Of a stretch of 64,000 nucleotides of DNA, positions 56,227 to 64,000 are shown in pieces. This stretch comes from the human T2T-CHM13v2.0 reference genome, Homo sapiens. The DNA lies in assembly GCF_009914755.1 (NCBI RefSeq), contig NC_060940.1. One strand, given 5' to 3'. The notes beneath the pieces were generated by a model. The model was not told where the DNA came from. It did no database searches and was given only the letters and a program-made list of their open reading frames with translations. A program made the position numbers and the translations under genes. Every line of letters starts with the position of its first letter. Position 1 is the first letter of the stretch.

Positions 56227-56792
56227 TGAATTTAGAATTTTTAAAAATTAGTTAAGTACAATCAAGAGCTTTGAGACATTACAAAAGGATCTAAAAAGAA
56301 ACAGTTCTGCTTGCAGGCACAACAAAAAAGAAACTTAGGAATAGATTTGACATAGAATGGATAATTTCTGGGAAATTATCTGAAATATAGCTTTAAGATT
56401 GGTAGAGAGAGACTTCTTTGGAGACGTAGCCAAGAAGAGAAGAAATCAGAAGACCCCACCCAGCTCCAGCAATGGCTCTGCCACCAACTTGCTATGGCCA
56501 TTCTTCCACAAATTGAAGCCTCTAGGATTCCAGCGGGCCAGCAACCAACCCCCACATCCTGGCAGTCCAGCTGAGCAAGATGCTCTGCCCAAAAGCTTTT
56601 GTTTCAGGAGAAATTCTCCATTCAGTTAGAGGTGGACTTAACAAAAATTTGCCTCGGCCCTGATTGAGTTAGTCAAGAGATGGGAATAGGCTGGGGATGA
56701 GTATATTTCACTGCAACTTTCCAGTTCCTCTCAGTTTTTAAAAATAATTAATTATTATTTTTTTTAAGACAGGATCTTGCTCTGTCACCTAG

Positions 56793-56987
<195 letters not shown>

Positions 56988-57241
56988 TGATCCTCCCCAT
57001 TCACCCTCCCAGAATACTGGGATTACAGGTACAAGCCACAGTGTCCAGCCTCCCTTCAGTTATTACTGGAGATTCCAACATGGAAACACTGAAGAGGAAC
57101 TGGGGCTGGACATCTTTCTGGTGCAGATGATCTGTGATGTCAGTTCTGACCCTGCCTGCTCAAACATGGTCCAGGCAACTGCATTCCAAAGTCAACTCAG
57201 TATGGACCACTACTGTCTCAGGGAACTGGGTTCATAAGTGA

Positions 57242-57542
<301 letters not shown>

Positions 57543-57664
57543 TAGCCAGGATGGTCTTGATCTCCTGACCTCGTGATCGGCCCGCCTGGGCCTCCCAAAG
57601 TGCTGGGATTACAGGCGTGAGTCACCGCGCCCAGCAAAGGATGATCGTTCTTACTGCATCATCT

Positions 57665-58021
57665 CTATGTTCGGAATGTTTGTGTTCCCCTAAATTCATA
57701 TGTTGAAATTTTAACCCCCAAGGGGACAGTATTCACAGGTGTGGGCTTTGGGAGGTGAACAGGTCATGCAGGCCGAGCCCTTATGCACAGATGAGTGCCT
57801 TTATAAAAGACACCCCAGAGAGTCCCTCGTCCCTCCACCACGTGAGGATGCAGCGAAGGGCTGGAAAAGGGAAGGGCCCAGGAACAAGGCTCTCACCAGA
57901 CACTGAATCGGCGGCACCTTGACCCTGGAGTTCTAGCCTCTAGATCTGTGAGAAATAAATGTCTGTTGTTGAAGCCACCAGTCTATGTTATTTTGCTATA
58001 GCAACCCCATGGACTGAGACA
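57665..58021. mobile_element. MLT1A-type MaLR LTR in EARS2 intron 7
   Basis: aatgtttgtgttcccctaaattcatatgttgaaat...gagaaataaatgtctgttgtt...gactgagaca. Confidence 0.8.
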
Positions 58022-59285
58022 ATTATTAACTGGGTCACATGAGTACTGCTATTTACAAAAATCAGGAGATGAAATACTGAAGACAAAAAATATAATGTGG
58101 GAAAAAAGCAGACACTCTCCCCAATGGCACTGCAGGGAAGCAGGCTGCCGAGGAGCTGATGAAACAATGACAGGCCCCAGGCCGGGAACAATGGCAGTTC
58201 CAGACCTGCTAGAGCTGGCCCAGAGTTAAGAACCATGGCATAGGCACAGAAAGGATTTCTAGTGATCTGGCAGCTCCTGAACATTTGGGTATCAGCTTTC
58301 CTGACTCGAGAGGGAGTCCCAGAGCAAATCTAAAACCCAACCTCATGGTGGAGACAGGCAGTTACGACACTGAATCCTGGTGAATTAGAACTAATAGGCC
58401 CTGGCCAGGCACTATGGCTCACGCCTGTAATCCCAGCACTCTGTGAGGCTGAGGTGTGAAGATTGCTTGAGCCTAGGAGTTTGAGACCAGCCTGGGCAAC
58501 ATGGCAAGACCTTGTCTCTACAAAAAATAAAAAAATTAGTTGGGCGTGGTGGCTTGTGCCTGTAGTCCCAGTTTCTAAAGAGGCTGAGGTGGGAGGATGA
58601 GCCCTGAGCTGCTTCCTGCAGATTGCTACATAATGGAGAAATGTACTTCCACAAAGGACATGCGCTGTCATTTCTTTTGTCTGGTAGAGAGTCTTGCCCC
58701 CTAGTTACCTGATACACAGCCTCTGCAGGAAAAGTGGTCAGCATCGGCGAGTAGGGGCAGAAGGGGAAAGGCAGAGAGCGAAAGCGAATCTTGGTAATGG
58801 AGTACCGACTCCTGCATTAAGCTGTGCCTCAAGCAGCCCTTCTTCTAGCATCTACAGTTACATAAGCAATTATTCCCCTCTTGCCTAAGCCAGCTTTGGT
58901 TGCGTTTGTAATTGAAAGTTATTACTGTTACAGTAAGAATTAGCATCATCTCTCTCTCACTGAGAAGGAAAAGGAAGCTCAAATAGGTACAGTAACTTGG
59001 CCAAAGTGAAGCCGCCTGAGCAAGGTGACATAATCTGGTGAGTACACGGCAGAGCTGGGATGCAACCAGGTTGGTGCAAGCAGTGAACACATGCCTATGT
59101 CCAGAGAAAGCCCGGGTTCTCCGGGTAAGCCCTCCTCACCAGCGAAAGCCAGTGAAGGGTCACTTCTTCACTGGCCATGGAGTTGTGCTGGGGCCCCAAC
59201 AGCCCAGCCCTGAAGGAAAGAGAGCCATGGGACAGAGAGAGGGAAGGAGGGTGTGGAACCTTGAGCTCAGCCTGCGGGTACTCAC

Positions 59286-59416
59286 CCCAGCACACGCTTG
59301 GCAATCACATCCACCTTCTCCGAGATGGCGTCCAGCTGTGCTCGACCTACTGCAGGGCGAGTCCACAGGTAAGAGTATACTGGGGACACCAAGTCCTGCA
59401 GGCGGCAAATGTGACC
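59286..59416 (-). CDS. EARS2: EARS2 exon 7 ([44 protein letters not shown])
   Basis: ttccccag / GG|gtgagt; 131 nt. Confidence 0.96.
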
Positions 59417-59527
59417 CTGGGGAAGGAGGCAGTCATTGAATGCACTAGGGACAGGGCTCTGGAAGGCAGGAGGAATTGAGGCACCCAGTAACCCCTCCCT
59501 CAGCTTCCCAGAATCCTGACACCACAC

Positions 59528-59681
59528 CTGTCTCAGCAGGAGGATCCTCTCCACGTAGACTGGGTTGAGGACATCCCTGTTTTGCAGCTGGCAACCAAAG
59601 GCCTCCTCCACAAGGACCTGCAGCTTCCCCACCAGCTGGCGCCTCTGGCTCTCATTGCTCACCAGCCGCTGGAGGTGCAGT
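59528..59681 (-). CDS. EARS2: EARS2 exon 6 ([51 protein letters not shown])
   Basis: In ORF 59282..59884; ttctgcag / CAG|gtgtgg; 154 nt. Confidence 0.96.
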
Positions 59682-59933
59682 CTGCAGAAGAAATCAAGGG
59701 GCTGCCCTGCTGTCAACACCCCAACCCACCCAAACCGTCTCTCCCCCAGGGAAAGGGTGAAGTTGGAAGAATGACATATCAGGTCCCATGAGCCCTCCCT
59801 TTCGCAAGCTAGAAGAATCTCTTCACGTTTATAAAAAGAAAGGGATGTGACTAAGGTCACAAACAGCCTGAAAGTCCCAAGCAACTCGGAGACGTGCTTT
59901 CTTTTCAGGGGTTTGGTTTTTGTTTTTGTTTGA

Positions 59934-60122
<189 letters not shown>

Positions 60123-60694
60123 TAGGCAACAACAAGCAATCCACCCAGCTGGGCTCCCAAAGTGCCAGGATTACAGGTGTGGGCCACCATGCCCAGCCAC
60201 GCTTTCAGTGTTTTCAAAATAGTAGCTGACCTTTTATTTTTATTTATTTATTTTTGAGACGGAGCCTCACTGTGTCACCCAGGCTGGAGTGCAGTGGTGC
60301 GACCTCCGCTCACTGCAACCTCCGCTTCCCAGGTCACCTGCCACTCAGTCCTGCTGGACCTGGAGAAGCTTTTGGCCAGGTGCAGTGGCTCACTTAATCC
60401 CAGAACTTTAGGAGGCCAAGAAGGGAGGATCACTTGAGGCCAGGAGTTTAAGACCAACCTAGCAACATGGTAAGATGCCATCTCTACAAAAAAAATTTAA
60501 AGTAACAAAATTAGCCTGGCATGGTGGTACACACCTATAGACTCAGCTGGTCTGGAGGCTGAGGGGGAAGGATCACTTCAGCCTGGGAGTCTGAGGCTGC
60601 AGTGAACCGAGATGTCACCACTGCACTCCAGCCTGGGTGACAGGGCGAGACCCAGCCACTAAAATATATAGAAAGAGGCATTTTTTTTTTTTGA

Positions 60695-60799
<105 letters not shown>

Positions 60800-61044
60800 T
60801 GAGTAGCTGAGACTACAGGCGCCCGCCACGTCGGGCTGATTTTTTTTTTTTTTTGTATTTTTAGTAGAAATGTGGTTTCACCATGTTGGCCAGGCTGATC
60901 TCGACTCCTGACTCAGGAGATCCACCTGCCTCAGCCTCCCAAAATGCTGCGACTACAGGCATGAGCCACCGCGCCCAGCCTACATCCACTCTTGAATGCC
61001 CCATTCAAAAGATGCCCACTGTTTACTGTGTGAACTTTGGCTAG

Positions 61045-61281
<237 letters not shown>

Positions 61282-61618
61282 TGATCTGCCTGCCTCGGCC
61301 TCCTAAAGTGCTGGGATTACAGGTGTGAGCCACCATGCCTGGCCACTTTGGCTAGTTTCTTAACCTCTCTATGTCCTGGGTTCCTCATACGTGAAACAGG
61401 GCAAAATCATACAACTGACCTCATAGGTCTGATGGGAGAAGTAAATAAAGTAATAGCCCTAAAATATCTGCAACTGATGTTAATTCTCTGGGCTCATGCA
61501 AGTAAATGCACTGATACTGTGTCCCCAAACCAGTGCTCTAGGCAAAGTATCAGGAAGACCCTCACCCCAGGTGCACACCTGGCTGATGGTCTTACAAACC
61601 ACTAATAACTTTTTTTAA

Positions 61619-61936
<318 letters not shown>

Positions 61937-62439
61937 TGAGTTGGAACGATATTTGGAGGTTTCCAAGTGAAGAGCTACTTGCAATATCAAATACATGAAA
62001 TATAAAGTAGATGCCATGAGACAGTGCTCACTCACTGTGTTGGCTGGATGTAAGGCTGAGGGTGGGGAGGGAGTCTAAAATGAAGATACACCTCTCCAGG
62101 CTTTGGTTGTTAACAGAGTCCATGCAAGGGGTGGCTAGGAACATAATGTTAATGATAAAAATATACGTACCATTTACTGAGCACTTTGTATGTGCCAGGG
62201 CTATACAAGATATTTTCATGCAACACTTAATACAAGATACTTTCATAGAACAAGGATATAAGATCAGTACTGTTATTAATCCCATTTTAGAGAAGAGAAA
62301 ACAGAGGCTCAAAGAGGCTAGGTGATTTAGCCATGGTCACACAGAATTAGGTACCAGAGCCCATTATACCCTCTGCTGTAGGGATCATCATAAGCAAGAA
62401 AGCCCTTTGCCACCAGGGGATCTCCATGCTCCCCACTCA

Positions 62440-62574
<135 letters not shown>

Positions 62575-63550
62575 TCAGCTTCCTCTCTCCCTTCCTCCTT
62601 CCACTTTATCTCTTTTTTTTAAGAGACAGGATCTTGCTCTGCTGCCCAGGTTGGAGTGCAATGGTACAATCCTAGCTCACTGTAACCTCAAACTCCCAGG
62701 CTCAAGCAATCCTCCAGCCTGTCTTCCAAGTAGCTGGGACTACAGGCACATACTACCACACCTGGCTAATTTTTAAATTTTTCTGTAGAGCCAGGCATGG
62801 TGGCTTACACCTGTAATACCAGCATTTTGGGAGGCAGAGGTCGGCAGATCATGAGGTCAGGAGTTCGAGACTGGCCTGGCAAACATGGTGAAACCCATCT
62901 CTACTAAAAGTACAAAAATTAGCCAGGTGTGGTGGCGCATGCCTGTAATCCCAGCTACTCAGGAAGCTGAGGCAGGAAAATCACTTGAACCTGAGAGGCG
63001 GAGATTGTAGTGAGCTAAGATTGTGCCGTTGCACTCCAGCCTGGGCAACAGAGCGAGACTCTATCAAATAAATACATCATACACACATACATACATACAT
63101 TTTTCTGTAGACATGGAGTTTCACTATATTGCCCAGGTTGGTCTCAAACTCCCAGGCTTAAATGATCCTCCTGCACTGGCCTCCCAAAGTGCTGGGATTA
63201 CAGACATGAGCCACTGTGCCCGCCCTCCTTCTACTTTCAAACATAAGGGAGGCTGAGTGAGCAAGCCCTGGGCCCCCCATTCCACTTTGCCCAAAGGGAT
63301 TTAACTTCTAGCTATTTATATATCAAGAGCCTGAATGAGCTTTCATTTTCAGAAAGGGTTCCATCATTAAAGAAAAAAAGGTCTGAAAACAATCAGGCTA
63401 AACCCATCTCCATTACTCTCAAGACACGAGCTGCAGAACAGTACGCCCATTGCCTGGCTGTACCAGAGACTCTGAGTCAACTGGGTTTGGTTGGGGTCTG
63501 AGCATATTTTAGAAGCTTCCTAGCTGATTCCAAAGCACGATCAAGAGTTA

Positions 63551-63853
<303 letters not shown>

Positions 63854-64000
63854 TTAAGAACCGTAGTGCTGGGAGCTGCTTCTTGTGAGCAGCAGCTCAG
63901 TCCCATACGGTCAGCAGGCATCGTGATCAGGCATAGGCCGAAAGCGCTATATCCCTCACTAGGTGTGTGACTTTGGCAAGTTACTCAGCTTCTCTGAGCT

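Overview
This is human/primate euchromatic DNA, very Alu-dense, recognisable as the GGA2-EARS2 locus (16p12.2 from recall). Minus strand: GGA2 coding exons 1-15 (ATG at 40517, codons 1-540; exons 16-17 lie off the left edge) with a CpG-island promoter near 40.1-40.8 kb. Also on the minus strand, tandemly upstream, are the last five EARS2 exons (exons 5-9, stop at 54157-54159) and its long 3' UTR. I checked all exon boundaries by hand: they are GT-AG and the reading frames join. GGA2 intron 1 holds an antisense processed pseudogene of the cyclin-Y-like (CCNYL1) type. It appears to be part of a ~4.1 kb TSD-flanked retro-insertion with a fold-back Alu 5' end and a triplicated N-terminal module. 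Other notable structure: a ~67-bp minisatellite full of decoy splice donors next to a 29-nt GGA2 microexon; a ~141-bp ~95%-identical direct repeat bracketing GGA2 exon 6; a composite (TG)n/Alu VNTR in the GGA2 promoter; a CLEAR-type E-box at the GGA2 TSS; an in-frame, stop-free EARS2 intron 6; and an Alu-tail-derived poly(A) signal for EARS2. I see no convincing evidence of a wholly new biological system. Most ORFs in the supplied track are Alu or GC-rich artefacts. Repeat family names are from recalled consensus sequences and their edges are approximate.
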